The position numbers and the translations under genes were made by a program. Positions 26,457 to 39,990 of a stretch of DNA of 64,000 nucleotides are shown here, piece after piece. The notes under the pieces are model-generated. The model was not told the origin of the DNA. It worked only from the letters and a program-made list of their open reading frames with translations, and did no database searches. The stretch spans positions 160,024,001 through 160,088,000 of the forward strand of contig NC_058368.1 in the NCBI RefSeq assembly GCF_018350175.1. The letters run 5' to 3'. Origin of the DNA: Felis catus. Taxonomy: Eukaryota. Within the stretch, counting starts at the first letter, position 1. Each line of letters starts with the position of its first letter.

Positions 26457-26680
26457 TTTTTTTATTTTTAAATGTTTAATTTTGAGAAAGAGAAAGACAG
26501 TGTGTGTGCACATGAGTGCTCAGAAGCAGGGGAGGAGCAGAGAGAGAGGGGGACCGAGGATCCTAAGCAGCTCTGTGCTGACAGCAGAGAGCCTGAAGTG
26601 GGGCTTGAACTCATGAACCATGAGATCATGACCTGAGCTGAAGTCAGACGCTTGACTGACTGAGTGGCACAGGTGCCCCC
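26457..26680 (-). mobile_element. Can-SINE
   Basis: caggtgccccc end; TSD-like atgggatt. Confidence 0.92.
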
Positions 26681-27514
26681 ATGGGATTATAAATAGTGCT
26701 TCTCAAAGGAAAGGGTCAGAAGTATGTCTTTGGGGCAGATTAGAGGGATGGAAGGTGGACAATCAGGAACCCATGCCAGTTGCCTCAGGCTGTAACACAA
26801 ACTGAAACCAGTTGAGAAAGTACTGCTTTAGTTTTTTCATTTGTCACATTAAAAACTCCAGCCACCAGCATTGTTACCTACTTTTGTTTTTATCTTGTCC
26901 TCTTTTGGGTGTGAAGTGAAGCAAGAAACACCTTGAGTTCCATCAGGAATATGGCCAATAGTAACCCATGTTTTATCCTCCTCCTGTTGACCCAAATGGT
27001 CTTAACACTCAAGCATTGAGGTGTTGCTATTCCTTTCAAGGGAGATTGCAGTGTACTGGAAATGCCTTAAGGGCACATAATCCTTCACCACAGTTCCTTT
27101 GCATCACCCAGACATGGGCCATTCAGCCTCTCCAGTGCCTGGAGTTTCCCTCAGAAACATCTGAAATAGGAAGGGACATTACTTTAACTGAGGTGACACA
27201 TGGCTATTCTGTAAACTCTATGTGTGGCTGACTGTGAGTTTAGGGTAATCTGACTCAAAGACATTTTTTTTATATTTGGCTAGCAATTTTGATAAATACT
27301 GAATTTGAATATTATTCAGCTAGACTTGCTCAGTATAATTTGCAAAAGGCAACTCCTTCCAGATTCCATTATTCCCTATTTTATTTCCCTCTCTCCTCAT
27401 TCCAGAGGGTCAACAGGAACATGAGATTATTACAGCAGCTGCTCCCACCTACAAAATTTTGAAAAACAGCATTCTAGAATTAAATGTGATCAGTGCAGCA
27501 GGCACAACTTAAGC

Positions 27515-27700
27515 CAGTATTTCTCAAAGTATGGTCGGAGAACTTCCTGCATCAGAATCTTCTAGGGGACTGAATGAAAATACAAATTCATTGTTTGCCT
27601 CCTTATAATAGTTGGAATCTTGCTGGGAGGGTGGGAACAAGAATGGCATTTTGTTATGTTTCCCAGCTGATTTTTAAACAAACTAAACTTAGAACCATTG
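27515..27700. mobile_element. MER5-like hAT-Charlie MITE
   Basis: Termini cagtatttctcaaagt / aaacttagaaccattg; tgcatcagaatc. Confidence 0.75.
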
Positions 27701-27782
27701 GTTAAGTACTAATTTCCTTCTGTTTAGCACATATGCACCAACAGACCCATAGCCCCAGAACCAATATATGTCACTGTCTAGA

Positions 27783-28098
27783 TGAGCACTATCCAGTAAA
27801 AAGGTAATGTAGGCCACACATGTAATTTTGAATTTTCTGGTAGTTACATTAAAAAGTGTAAAGAAACAGCTGAAAGTAACTGTAGTAATGTATTTATTTA
27901 AACCACTTTATCAAAATACTATTGTTCAACATGTGATTAAAATAAAATTAATGAGACATTTCAAATTCTTTTCTTGTTCTAAGTTTTGAAATTCAGTAGA
28001 CTTTTTATATCTAAGGAAACTCTTAATTTAGACCAGCCACATTTCAAGTGGTTGGTAGCCATAAGTGGTTACTGCCCACTAGATTGGAAACAGCAGGT
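27783..28098. mobile_element. MER33/MER3-like hAT MITE
   Basis: cactatccagta...gccacacatgtaatttt...agccacatttcaagtg...ttggaaacagca; tctaga on both flanks. Confidence 0.75.
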
Positions 28099-30229
28099 CT
28101 AGAGTCGCATTGCTGTTACCAGCCATAGGCCAAAAGAGCTTTGGTATTTTCTGGAGTAAGGGAATCGACAGAAGAAAAATAAAATGTTAAAATAAAATTT
28201 AAAAATAAATAAGTAAAATAATGCATAAATTAAAAAGCAAAACAAAACAGACCAATCATTTCCTGTCAGTCAGGAATCCACGTCTACTGACTGCAAGGTT
28301 TGCACCTCCATGACACGGGCTTTCCTGAGATCCTCCTCTTCTTCCTTTTTCTGAAATATTTTGTTATCCCTAAAGGTTCTTACTGTTATGGCCCCAGAAT
28401 CCTGAATTGAGCGTGGCTTGTGCTCAATAACAGAGCCCACTCTATAAACTGCCTTAGTCCCAGCAGAACCCCAGCTTCATTTGCTCGTACCACCGTTCTA
28501 AGTTCTGCCTAGCACTGTATACACAGGAGCTCATCCAGAAGCCCTTCTGCCATGTCTCATTGCCCAAGTCTCATTCCCTACATCTCTTTCATCAGCGTTG
28601 AAATCACACAGCCATGCGATTAGTCTCCTTGTAGTGATATAATCATTCTTTTCTGCTTCCCATTTTCCTGGTCCAGAAGGAATTGCTCAATTTTCTCTGG
28701 AGTTACATATTACTCCTTCTGCCCTGGCTGAATAATAGGATAAAAAGGAAAATAGATCTTGGAGTGGAGAGCACAGTACAGTTCGGCAATGTAATTGGCA
28801 GTCCAGTCAGAAGTTTATATACTGAGGCTTTGCCTTGAGGCTACCTTGATACTCTAGCACTGAATCTTTGCCTTCATCAACTCCACGGTCCACTTATTTG
28901 GTCCTGTGCTGGTGCAATACCTGTGCTCTTCTGGTGGGAATTTACCAGTCAATAGTGCAACAGCCCTTGAAGTTTGAGGTTCTTGAGTGATCTTACCTCC
29001 CAAACTTTAGCTATGTATCACTTTGGTCGACTTAACTACACCAGATGTTGGTGATCAGAATTCCAAACTCTAAGTACAGGTTATTAGGTTGGGCTTTGGT
29101 CTCCTACCCCAATGTAGTCTACTCATGATTCAGTCAGGACCATGTGACTCCCAAAGATTTCCCTGTGTAGGTTAGAGGCAGACTGAGAGACCATTTTCTA
29201 AGACCTACACCCTAAACCTGAATCCTCAAATTATACTGCTTGAATGGACTGAAGGGCAACAAAACAAGAATACAAGAAAAAATGAATGATAGAAACAAAA
29301 GACATTTCTTTCAGAGGCCTAAACTTGAGTTGGTAAACCTACTCTCCTAAACTTTCTTAGGGTTGAAGTTATATTGTAATTGTCTGGGGAATGAGAGCCA
29401 TATGAGGATTCTTCCAATCACTATGTCTCTCTTAGAACATTGGCCACATTAGAGGTTGGCACTCCAAAAGTGCAGACTCGAAGGGCACCAGACCACTGCT
29501 GGAGATTTAAAACTGGTCATCACTCCAAAAATGTCCCCTAAGAAAGAAAAACTTAATGAAAAGTAGGGGGACATTCAGGACAATTTCTGAATATCTTTCT
29601 AGATGGTGGTACCAATATCCAAGATAAACAATATAAAAGAGACAGCCATTATGTGGAAGAATGTGATGAGTTCAGTTTTGGCTTGTAGTGTTTGAATTCT
29701 TTGTGATATCCAGGGACAAAAGTCTAGTAGGCAGTTGGATATACTGGTCTAAAGCTCAAATTACAGAGTTCTAAGATAGGGCTAAAGATGTGCAAGGCAG
29801 AAGAAAAAGGACGGTAGTTGAAAGTTGAAGGGTGTGTAACTAGTACAGAAAAGGTAAAGGGGGTGGATATTGTTATGATGATTCTGATACAAAAGTCATT
29901 AGCTCCTCTTGTTCCCATGCAGATATTTGACTTGGCTTTTAGTGTCTTTAGGAATATTTCTCATAATGGAGTTGAGAGCATATTCATCACAATATTTGAA
30001 ATGCTTGTTAAAAAATTAAAATTTCTAGGTGCCTTCCATATCTATCATATTATAATACCTCAAACTAATATTTAAGACTCTCTGGCTTGATAACTATGGT
30101 TCCACCAAAGGTAACTGTTGATGTAACCACCTTTGAAGCAATTCTCAAAGTTTAGTGTATATATCAGTTGTCTGGATGAGTGTTAAGAATACAGATTCAA
30201 CACATCTAGGAAAAGGACAAGAGATTTGC

Positions 30230-30423
30230 ATTTTTAAAGTTTATTTATTTATTTTGAGAGAGAGAGGTGGGGGGAGGGGCAGAGGGAGAGAGACAATCCC
30301 AAGCAGGATCTGTGCTATCAGTGTGGAGCCTGACACGAGGCTCTATTCCATGAATGATGAGATCATGACCTGAGCAGAAATTAAGAGTCAGATGCTTAAC
30401 TGACTGAGCCACTCAGGTGCCCT
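30230..30423 (-). mobile_element. Can-SINE
   Basis: TSD gagatttg(c/a)atttttaa. Confidence 0.92.
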
Positions 30424-30542
30424 GAGATTTGAATTTTTAATAAACACTCCATAACTGTTATCACCTGACTCCACTTGGAGAAATAACATTAAGTATTTAA
30501 CTATCTGAGTGATCCCAAGATAGGTATAGAACAGAGTTTCTT

Positions 30543-31379
30543 TATTTTTTCTTTTGTTTTGTTTTGTTTTCTTTTTTAAGTATAATTAACATATAATGTT
30601 ACATTACTTTCTGGTGTTCAACATACTGTTTTGACAATTTTATACATTACTCAGTACTTACCATAGTTAAGTATAGTCACCATCTATACCATGCAGCATT
30701 GTTATAGTATTATTGACTACATTCCTTATGCTGTACTTTTTATCTCTGTGACTTATTTATTTTATAACTGGAAGTTTGTACCTCTTAATCTTTATCTATT
30801 TTGCCCATCCCCCCACCCACTACCTTGCTGGAAACCATCAGTTTGTTCCCTGTATTTAAGGGTATGTTTTTCTTTGTTCATTTGTTATTGTTGTCTTTTT
30901 TATATATATATCCAACAGATAAGTGAAGTCATATGGTATTTGTCTTTCTCTGCCTGATTTATTTCACTTTGTGTAATACCCCCTTAGTGCATCCATGTTG
31001 GTGCAAATAGCAAGATCTCATCCTTTTTGTGGCTGTGTAATATTCCATTGTATATATACACCACATTTTCTTTATTCATTCAGCTGTTAATCTTGGCTAT
31101 TGTGAATAAATAATGATGCAATAAACATAGTAATGCATGTATCTTTTTGAGCTAGTGGTTTTGGAGGGGTTTTAGTTTGTTTGTTTGTTTGTTTGTTTTT
31201 GGTAAATACCCAGAAATGGAATTACTGGGTCATATGGTATTTCTGTTTATAATTTTTTAAAGGAATCTTCATATTGTTTTCCACAGTGGCTGCACCAATT
31301 TACGTCTCCACCAACAGTGGACAAGGGTTTTCTTCTACATTATCACCAACATTTTATTTCTTGTCTGTTTTGATATTGT
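30543..31379 (-). mobile_element. 5'-truncated older carnivore L1
   Basis: TSD tata(g/a)aacagagtttctt at 30525-30542 and 31380-31397; L1 3' motifs. Confidence 0.9.
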
Positions 31380-31386
31380 TATAAAA

Positions 31387-32941
31387 CAGAGTTTCTTAAT
31401 CTGAGATCCAAATACCCCCAAGAAACTCCTGGTTAAAATTTAGAGTGTCCACAAACTTGGATGGGCAAAAAAAAAAATACATCTTTATTTTAGTAACCTC
31501 CAACTAAACCTTAGCATTAAAAAATTATAAATGTAGGAAATGAGCCATGGAAATAAGAGCAGTTCCTCTAACCTTATAATTAGTAGAAAAAAGATATTTT
31601 CATATCACATTAGAGTTGTTGCAAATATCTTGAAATGTTGTCTCCAAATATCACTACTATGAAATTATGGTGGTTGTTGACTGCCATTAGATCTCATTTG
31701 TTAAAGAAGAATACATTACTCTAAAATAAAATTAAAAAAAATATTTGATAACTATGCCTCAATAAAATTGGATTCTTTCATAATTTTACATATTTTTAAA
31801 AAAATAATTTATTGTCAAATTGGCTTAAATACAACACCCAGTGCTCATGCCAACAAGTGCCCTCTTCAATTCCCATCACCCATTTTCCCCTCTCCCCCAC
31901 CCCCCATCAACCCTCAATTTGTTCTCTGTATTTAAGAGTCTCTTATGGTGTGCCTCCTTCTCTCTCTGTTTGTAAATTTTTTTTTCCTCTTCCTTCCCTT
32001 TCTCATTGCCAAGTAGCATTCCATTGTATATATTAACCACATCTTCTTTATCCATTCATCAGTTGATGGACATTTAGGCTCTTTGCATCATTTGGCTATT
32101 GTTGAAAACGCTGCTATAAACATTGGGGTACATGTGCCCTTATGCCTCATCACTCCTGTATCCCTTGGGTAAATTCTTAGTAGTGCTATTGCTGGATCAT
32201 AGGGTAATTCTATTTTTAGTTTTTTGAGGAACATCCACACTGTTTCCCAGAGTGGCTGCACCAGTTTGCATTCCCACCAACAGTTCAAGAGGGTTCCCGT
32301 TTCTTCACATCCTCACCAGCATCTATAGTCTCCTGGTTTGTTCATTTTAGCCACTCTGACTGGTCTGAGGTGGTATCTGAGTGTGGCTTTGATTTGTATT
32401 TCCCTAATGATAAGTGACATTGAGCATCTTTTCATATGCCTGTTGGCCATCTGGATGTCTTCTTTAGAGAAGGGTCTATTCATGTTTTCTGCCCATTTCT
32501 TCACTGGATTATTTGTTTTTTGGGTGTGGAGTTTGGTGAGCTCTTTATAGATTTTGGATACAAGCCCTTTGTCTGATAGGTCATTTGCAAATATCTTTTC
32601 CCATTCCATTGGTTGTCTTTTAGTTTTTTTTGATTGTTTCCTTTGCAATGCAGAAGCTTTTTATCTTGATGAGGTCCTAATAGTTCATTTTAGCTTTTAA
32701 TTCCCTTGCTGTTGGAGATGTGTGCAGTAAGAAATTGCTGCCGCTGAGGTCAAAGAAGTTGTTGCCTGTTTTCTCCTCTAGGGTTTTGATGGTTTCCTGT
32801 CTCACATTTAGGTCTTTCATCCATTTTATTTTTGTTAATTTTACATATTTTTAATTCATTTAAAAACTATTATGAGAAGAAATCTATGGTTATACTAAAA
32901 TGTGAAAAAGGTCAATGGCACAAAAAAGTTAAGGACCTTAG
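31387..32941. mobile_element. hAT-Charlie-type DNA transposon fossil, split by L1
   Basis: Left end cagagtttcttaa; right end caaaaaagttaaggacc. Confidence 0.65.
31798..32835 (-). mobile_element. 5'-truncated feline-type L1 with an internal deletion
   Basis: ORF2 C-terminal ORFs ([19 protein letters not shown]); TSD taattttacatattttt at 31781-31797 and 32836-32852. Confidence 0.96.
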
Positions 32942-33591
32942 TATAAGGAAGAAGTCTCTTTATTGAGACATTGGAAATATGTATTGCTTAAGTCTTTGAA
33001 GAAAAAAAATGCACAGGTACTTTATTCATCAAAAGAGATTCTTGTCCCAGCCACAACTCATCATTCCAGAGTACATTTTCGCTCTAGTATTTCTTCTAGT
33101 TGTCTACACATCTTTGATTTGTTTACTAATCCTTAATGATTGAATGGCTCTGTTTTCCATCAAGGATAACAGATTTTAATCACAGATCTCAAACCCATTA
33201 TGAACATTACTTAATGCCTGACATCTCTTAATTAGGTAGTTAAAACTATGATCATTTCATAGATGGGAGAATCAGGTCTAGGCAAGTTTGGTGACTTGTT
33301 CTTAGGCCATCCAAGAAATTGCAGCTAATTTCCAGAATCAACAATTATTCTTCTCATATGCAAACAATTTTTTTTAATTTATCATATGCCAGTCTGTTGC
33401 AAAAACAATATATTTTGCAAAACATTTCATTGATATAGGTATAGAAATAATATTTTTTAAGGTAAAAACATTTGATGGTATCAATAGGCATACTAATCCA
33501 GTACCAAGAATTTATTTGCTGGTTGTTCTCTGAAAAATAATAGATGTCTTGGTTGGAGAGAAAAAGCTCCAACCCAAAATAAACCATTGAA

Positions 33592-33804
33592 GGGGCTCAG
33601 TAGGTTAAGCATCTGACTTTGGCTCAGGTCATGATCTCATGGCTCCTAAGTTCAAGCTCCACATCAGGCTCTGTTCTGACAGCTAGGAGCCTGGAGCCTG
33701 CTTTGGATCCTGTGTCTCCCTTGCTCTCTGCTCCTCCCCCACTCGTGTTCCATCTCTCTCTGTCCCTGAAAAGTAAATAAACATTAAAAAATTAAAAAAA
33801 AAAA
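33592..33804 (+). mobile_element. Can-SINE (head partly deleted)
   Basis: ggctcaggtcatgatctc, CT tract, A tail. Confidence 0.9.
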
Positions 33805-34287
33805 TAGAAGCTACTATCCATTTTGAAATAAAACAATTCGTTTTTTCTTCTGTTTACAAGTTTACCCAGTATAAGAGAAAGGAACAAAATGGACGTAAAT
33901 CAAAAAATGCATTGACTTAACTTTTGCTCTCAAGAGTTAAAGTGTTTAGAAAATTGCCACAAAAGACCATTGGCAGTTGTAAGGACATCTTTTGTCTTTT
34001 GTGGTCAATTCATTTCTTAGGAATTCCTGTTGCTTTGATCAATGGTGTTTGTGTCTGACATTAATCTAACATTTTTGTTGTTTGACTAGGCCCTCTGGTT
34101 TGACAGCATAGTGTAAAAAATTTGAAAATTCTTTGTGAATTAACATTTCAAATGATATTCACTTTTATCGTTTGCTTTGCTAAATTCCTACTGGCCTGGG
34201 AAGGAAGGGAAGCAGAAGGACACACAAGCAAAAATTAAGGGCACAGGTAAATAAATAAATAACTGAGAGAGAAGGGATGGCTTCTCC

Positions 34288-34514
34288 TTTTTTTTTTAAT
34301 TAAAAAAAATGTTTTTATTTATTTTTGAGGCAGAGAGAGACAGAGCGTGAGCAGGGAGGGGCAGAGAGAGGGGTAGACACAGAATCTGAAGCGGGCTCCA
34401 GGCTCTGAGCTGTCAGCACAGATCCTGACGCGGGGCTCGAACTCACGGAGTGTGAGATCATGACCTGAGCTGACGTCGTCGGATGCTCAACCGACTGAGT
34501 TACCTAGGCACCCC
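34288..34514 (-). mobile_element. Can-SINE
   Basis: TSD gggatggcttc. Confidence 0.94.
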
Positions 34515-34519
34515 GGGAT

Positions 34520-35230
34520 GGCTTCCTCTTAGAGAAAAATCCCCATTAATATATGTAGAGGGAATAAGGTAAATCTAAATCTTTATTAGACAAACACCAT
34601 AGTGATAATTATCACAGGCCAAATATATTGAAAGATGCTAAAATTAGTGGGCAAAGTTTGGAGAAACATGATATTAGCATGGCCTCAAATTATCTCCCCT
34701 AAGACATTTATTAATGACCAGGGAAAAAGAATGATTATGTAGAGAAACTTGGCAGATACTACTATGTCTCCTGACACTCACTGACAAGGGCACAATGCCA
34801 TTTCTGGACTGTTCCTGCCAAAAATGCAAAACTTTGATCTAAACAGGAGAAAGCAGACAAACCCAAATTGAGGGATATGTGGCAAAATAAGTCCACCAGG
34901 ACTCTCTTCCAGAGTGTCAAAGTCATGGAAGACAAGGAGAGACCAAGGGACTGTCACAGATTTAAGGACATTAAGGAGACAGGACAACTAAATGCAATGT
35001 GGGATCCTGGATTAGATATGGAACAGAAAATGGGCCTTAGTAGAAAAATGGTCACCAGTTTAAAGTCTGTAGTTTAGTCCTAGTAGTGTACCAATATTAA
35101 CTTCCTGGTTTTGATGACCATACTCTGGTATGTAAAATGTTAACACTGGGGAAGCTGGATGAAGGGTATAAAGCAACTCTACTATATTTGTAATTTTCCT
35201 GTCATTCTGAAATTATTTTAAAGGGTAAAT
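34520..35230 (+). mobile_element. L1MC-like 3' end
   Basis: aaatgcaatgtgggatcctggatt...gtaccaatattaacttcctggttttga. Confidence 0.7.
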
Positions 35231-36509
35231 TAAAAATCAAGAAGTCTTTTGTGGAAATTTTCTAAATAACTCTCCATTGGTGATGGGAAAAAAAGAAGAT
35301 TTTGATGGCCTTGGAATATCTTGATATCTTTCCATCTTAGTCCAATAATTCCTTGCCTGTGCATACACAGTTTGATAGCTTTACTTCTTTCAAGTGCATT
35401 GGAGATTATAGCTTTTTTCTATATTAAATGCTCTATTTTTTTCTCAAATGTCACTCAGAAAATACTTGTATAAAATGGGAATAATGATTGTTGTCTGCCC
35501 ATCTGTTTTTCCCTGCTGAACTTACAGGGTTGTCATAAAGTATAAAAACAGATAAAGGAAGTGGAAAGTATTTTGAAAGTTGTAAACATTGTAGAGGTGT
35601 AAGGTGTTGTTTTGATTATTCATGGAAAGTTGGCTAAAGTATTTTTATAATTTGTATATACATTGAGTCGGTTTCTCCTCTTACTTTCCCTATACTCTAA
35701 TGATATTCCTACTTACCTACCAGGCTTATAAACTCAAAATTGCTCTTGAAAAGGAAGGCTAAAGGAGAGAGTATGAGTATTAGTTACCAAACTCCAGCTA
35801 GTCATCTTAAACCATGTTCTTCACCTTTGTCCCACACTTTCATCCTCTTCTAGACATACGAAATTATAGACAAAGAACAGGAAATATAGAGCAGAATAGA
35901 GCCCTAGAAGTAATCTTAGTATCTTTTAAGTGTGCCTGATTATAAAAATCCCCTAATGAGGTCATTTCAAACATGACTTCCTGGACCTTTGAAATCATAA
36001 TCTATGAGAGGGACTCTAGAATCTATATTTCAAATATGCCTTTGAACTGCTTATTATTGGCAGGCAAATTTAGAAGTACCCTTATTTTATAGGTAAGTTG
36101 AGAGAAAATGACCAAAATTTGCTAAAAAAGTTGTGTACCCTATCTTTGGCAAATATTAATTTGGGGATAAAGTATAGAATAGGACACAATTAAATAAACA
36201 AATATAATGCATACTTTAGTGGGGGACTAAACAAAGCTAAATGCAATGAATTCTTCGTTGAGAGGAATAGTATCAAGAAAGCCTCTAGAGGCTTTTGTAA
36301 TCCATCACCTTGTGGCTAGAAAGGAGAGGACAGGTATCCCAAGGAGAAAGAACATTGTGCAAAGACACAATGATGTACATGACATTTTCAGGGATTGAGA
36401 GTGGTCCAGGGCCTGGACTGTGGTGTGCAAGAGTGTGATGGTAAAAGATGAAAGAAGAAAGGCAGATTGGTGTTAGATTTTGAAAACCTGAAATACCTTG
36501 CTAAAGGAT

Positions 36510-37187
36510 TTTTTCTTATGCCAAAAGCACAGGCAACAAAAGCAAAAATAGGTGAGTGGGGCTGCATCGATTTAAAGTTCCTGTTTTAAAGACAACCATC
36601 AACAGAATGAAAAGGCAACCTACAGAATGGGAGAAAATATTTGCAAACCATTTATTTAATAAGGAATTAATATCTAAGATATATAGGAAACTCATAAAAC
36701 TCGAATTTTTTTTAATTGGCTAAGAACTTGAATAGACATTTCTTCACGGAAGATATACAGATGGCCAATAGTTACATGAAAAAATGCTGAATGTCACTAA
36801 TCATCAGAGAGAAGCAAATGAAAACCATGAGATATCACCTCACATCTGCTAGGATGGCCATTATGAAAACAAGCAAGCAAATAAACAAACAGCCAGAAGA
36901 TAGCATGTGTTGATGAGGATGTGGAAAAATTAGAACATTTGTGCACTATTGTTGGGAATGTGAAATGGTGCAGCCACTATAGAAAACAGTATGGAGTTCC
37001 TCAAAAAATTAAAAATATGGCCTATTATGGTTCAGCAATCTCACTTAGGTTTATTTATTCAAAAGAATTGAAAACAGGATCTCAAAGTGATATTTTCATT
37101 CCCATGTTCATTGTAGTTATTTACAATAGCCAGGAGGTGAAAACAACCTAAATGTCCATTGAATAATGAATGGATAAAGAAAATGTG

Positions 37188-37231
<44 letters not shown>

Positions 37232-37238
37232 TGGGGGG

Positions 37239-37281
<43 letters not shown>

Positions 37282-37500
37282 TTCAGCTTTAAAAGAGAAG
37301 GAAATACTATCATATGCCACAATATGGGTGAACCTTGAAGAAGTTATGCTAACTGAAATAACCCAGTCATAGAAGGACAAATACTGCATGATTCTGCTCA
37401 TATAAGGTATGTAAAGTAATCAAACTCAAAGAAACAGAAAATAGAATGCTGTTTTCCAGGGAATAGTGGGAAAGGGGGAAGTGGGGCATTGCTGTTCAAT
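36510..37500 (+). mobile_element. L1MB-like 3' fragment
   Basis: aggcaacctacagaatgggagaaaatatttgcaaacc; aaggacaaatactgcatgattc. Confidence 0.88.
37190..37274. repeat. Compound (AC)20-G run-(GA)17 microsatellite
   Basis: Read directly. Confidence 0.97.
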
Positions 37501-37754
37501 CCTGTATTTTCTATTTCCGTTTAAATAACAATTAGCCAGTTTCTTGAACTTGAATTCTCAGAATAATCTTTGACCTATTCTTCAAGATTTTCCCTTCCTT
37601 CCTCCTTTCCTTTCTTCCTTCCTTCCTTCTCTTTCATAATTATTTGCCAGGCGTTGTATTAGTCATTGACAGTGCTAGTGAAAAAGCAGACATGCTCCCA
37701 TTTCTCATGGAGCTTACAATATAGTGAGGAATACAGATAATAAACATAAAAATG

Positions 37755-37957
37755 AGGGGCACCTGTGTGGCTCAGTCATTAAGTGTCTGACTTCGACTCA
37801 AGTCATGATCTCACGGTTTGTAGGTTCGAGCCCCGTGTCAGGCTCTGTGCTGACAGCTCAGAGCCTGGAGCCTGCTTCAGATTCTGTGTCTCCCTCTCTC
37901 TCTGACCCTCCCTGTTTACTCTCTCTTTCTCTTAAAAATAAATAAAAACATTAAAAA
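37755..37957 (+). mobile_element. Can-SINE
   Basis: TSD aaacataaaaatg. Confidence 0.94.
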
Positions 37958-38099
37958 ACATAAAAATGGATAAAATAATTACAGGGTAATATGATAGAAA
38001 TTTATTGAGAGAGAGGGATTGGAGGAGCCCAATTCAGCTAGGCTTCCTAAAACTGAGACCCAAGGGTGAGAAAGTCAATATCAAATTCTGCTAAAAGGT

Positions 38100-39990
38100 G
38101 AGCAATTATGAACGTTGAAATCTTTTGTTCTACAACAGTCACTTTTAAGAGCTGAAAAGGCAAATTCATGGACTGGGAGAAAGATTTACAACTCTCATTT
38201 CTAATAAAAGACTTGTATTTGTTGTATGTTCATTGCAGCATTATTTACAATAGTCAAGACACGGAAACAACCTAAGTGTCCATTGACGGAGGAACTGATG
38301 AAGAAAATGTGGTATATGTATATGGAATACATATATATTATTACTCAGCCATAACAGATAATGAAATCTTGCTATTATGTGACAACATGGATAGACGTTG
38401 CGGGCATTACAGGCTAAGTGAAATAAGTCAGACAGATAAAGACAAATACCACATGATCTCATTTATATGTGGAATCTTAAAAAAAAAAAAGAGCATATAG
38501 ATACAATGAATAGATTGATGGTTGCCAGAGGCGGGTGTGAGAGTTTGTGGAAGGGATCAAAAGGTACAAATTTCCACTTATAAAATAAATAAGTCATGAG
38601 GATGTAATGTACAGCATTGTTACTAGATTAATAATACTGTATTGCATATTTGAAAGTTGCTAAGAAGTTCTTGTCACAAGAAAAATTTTTTAACTGTATG
38701 ATGATGGATATTTACTAGACTTAAGTAATCGTTTCCCATATATACAAATATTGAATCATTACATTGTATACCTGAAACTGATATAATGTTATATATCAAT
38801 TATACCTCAGTATTCACATATTAAGAATTCACAAAATTCAACAATTAGAAACTCAAAAAACATAAACATAAGTTTTGAACAGATACATTATTCAAAAAGG
38901 CGTATTGATGGGGGTGCCTGGGTGGCTCAGTCATTAAGCATCTGAGTCCAGTTCAGGTCATGATCTCATGGTTCCTGAGTTCAAGTCTCATATCAGGTGA
39001 GCTCAAGCCCTACTTTGGGTGCACATAAGCCCTGCTTTGGGTGAGCCCCCACTTCTTCCTTTCTCTCTCTCTCTCCATCTGTCTCTCTCTCCCCCTCTCT
39101 CTCCCTCTCCCTCTCTCTCTACCTCTCCTTGGATTCTCTCTCTCTCTGCCCCTCACTCACTTGTGCCCTCTCTCTCTTTCTCAAAAAAAAGGGGGAGCAT
39201 ATTGATGGTAAATAGGCATAGAGAAGACAGTAGTGCTCCTAATGGAAATGCAAATAAAATCACAATGAAATACCACTGTACATCTATTAGAACAGAAAAA
39301 AATCCTGACACTACCAGGTGTTGATAAAGATGTGGAACAACTGGAATCGTCATACTTCGCTGGTAAGAATGTGGCATGGTATGGCCACTTTGAAAAACAG
39401 TTGGATAGTTTTGTTAACTTAAACAAATTTAAATATATACTTACATGTTTACCCAAGAAAATGAAAAACTTACATGCACACAAAAAATCTGTGTATAAAT
39501 ATTTCTTTCAGCTTTATTTGTAATTTTCAACAACTCAAATGTGAGTTGGATGACAATTGGAATTGTGAATTGGATGGATTGTGGATGTGAATAGGAAACA
39601 ACTCAAATGTGAAAGAATGAATGAATGAACAATCTGTGGCTTGTCTATGCATTTGGATACTACTTAACAATAAAAAGGAGAAAGAAACCATGAAGGATTC
39701 ATGCAACATGAATGAATTTTGTAAAGTGAAAGAAGCTAGAACCAAATGACATCAGATTGTATAATTCCACTTATATGACATTCTGGAGAAGACAAAATTA
39801 TTGAGATGGAAGACAAATCAGTGGTCTTCAGGAGAAGAGTGTGGGGGTGGGGATGGTAGTTGATTACAAAGACACAGCAAGCAGGAATGTGAGTGGTGAA
39901 ACATTTTGGATTATGACTGTGATGGTGTATACAGCTCTACGCATTTGTCAAAACCCATTGCAAAGAGCAAATTATATGATTTTAAAACAT
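38100..39990 (+). mobile_element. Old L1M 3' region with a nested L1MA-like 3' end (~38225-38810)
   Basis: atgttcattgcagcattatttacaatag; aataagtcatgaggatgtaatgtacagc; ggccactttgaaaaacagttgg. Confidence 0.75.
38910..39190 (+). mobile_element. Can-SINE variant with a reiterated internal motif
   Basis: Standard head, then repeated agccc...ctttgggtg units, long CT tract, A tail; TSD-like gc(g/a)tattgatgg. Confidence 0.88.

Noticed and set aside
28260..29560. Possible ancient LTR-internal or LINE remnant
   Set aside because: Could not assign a family or reading frame by eye
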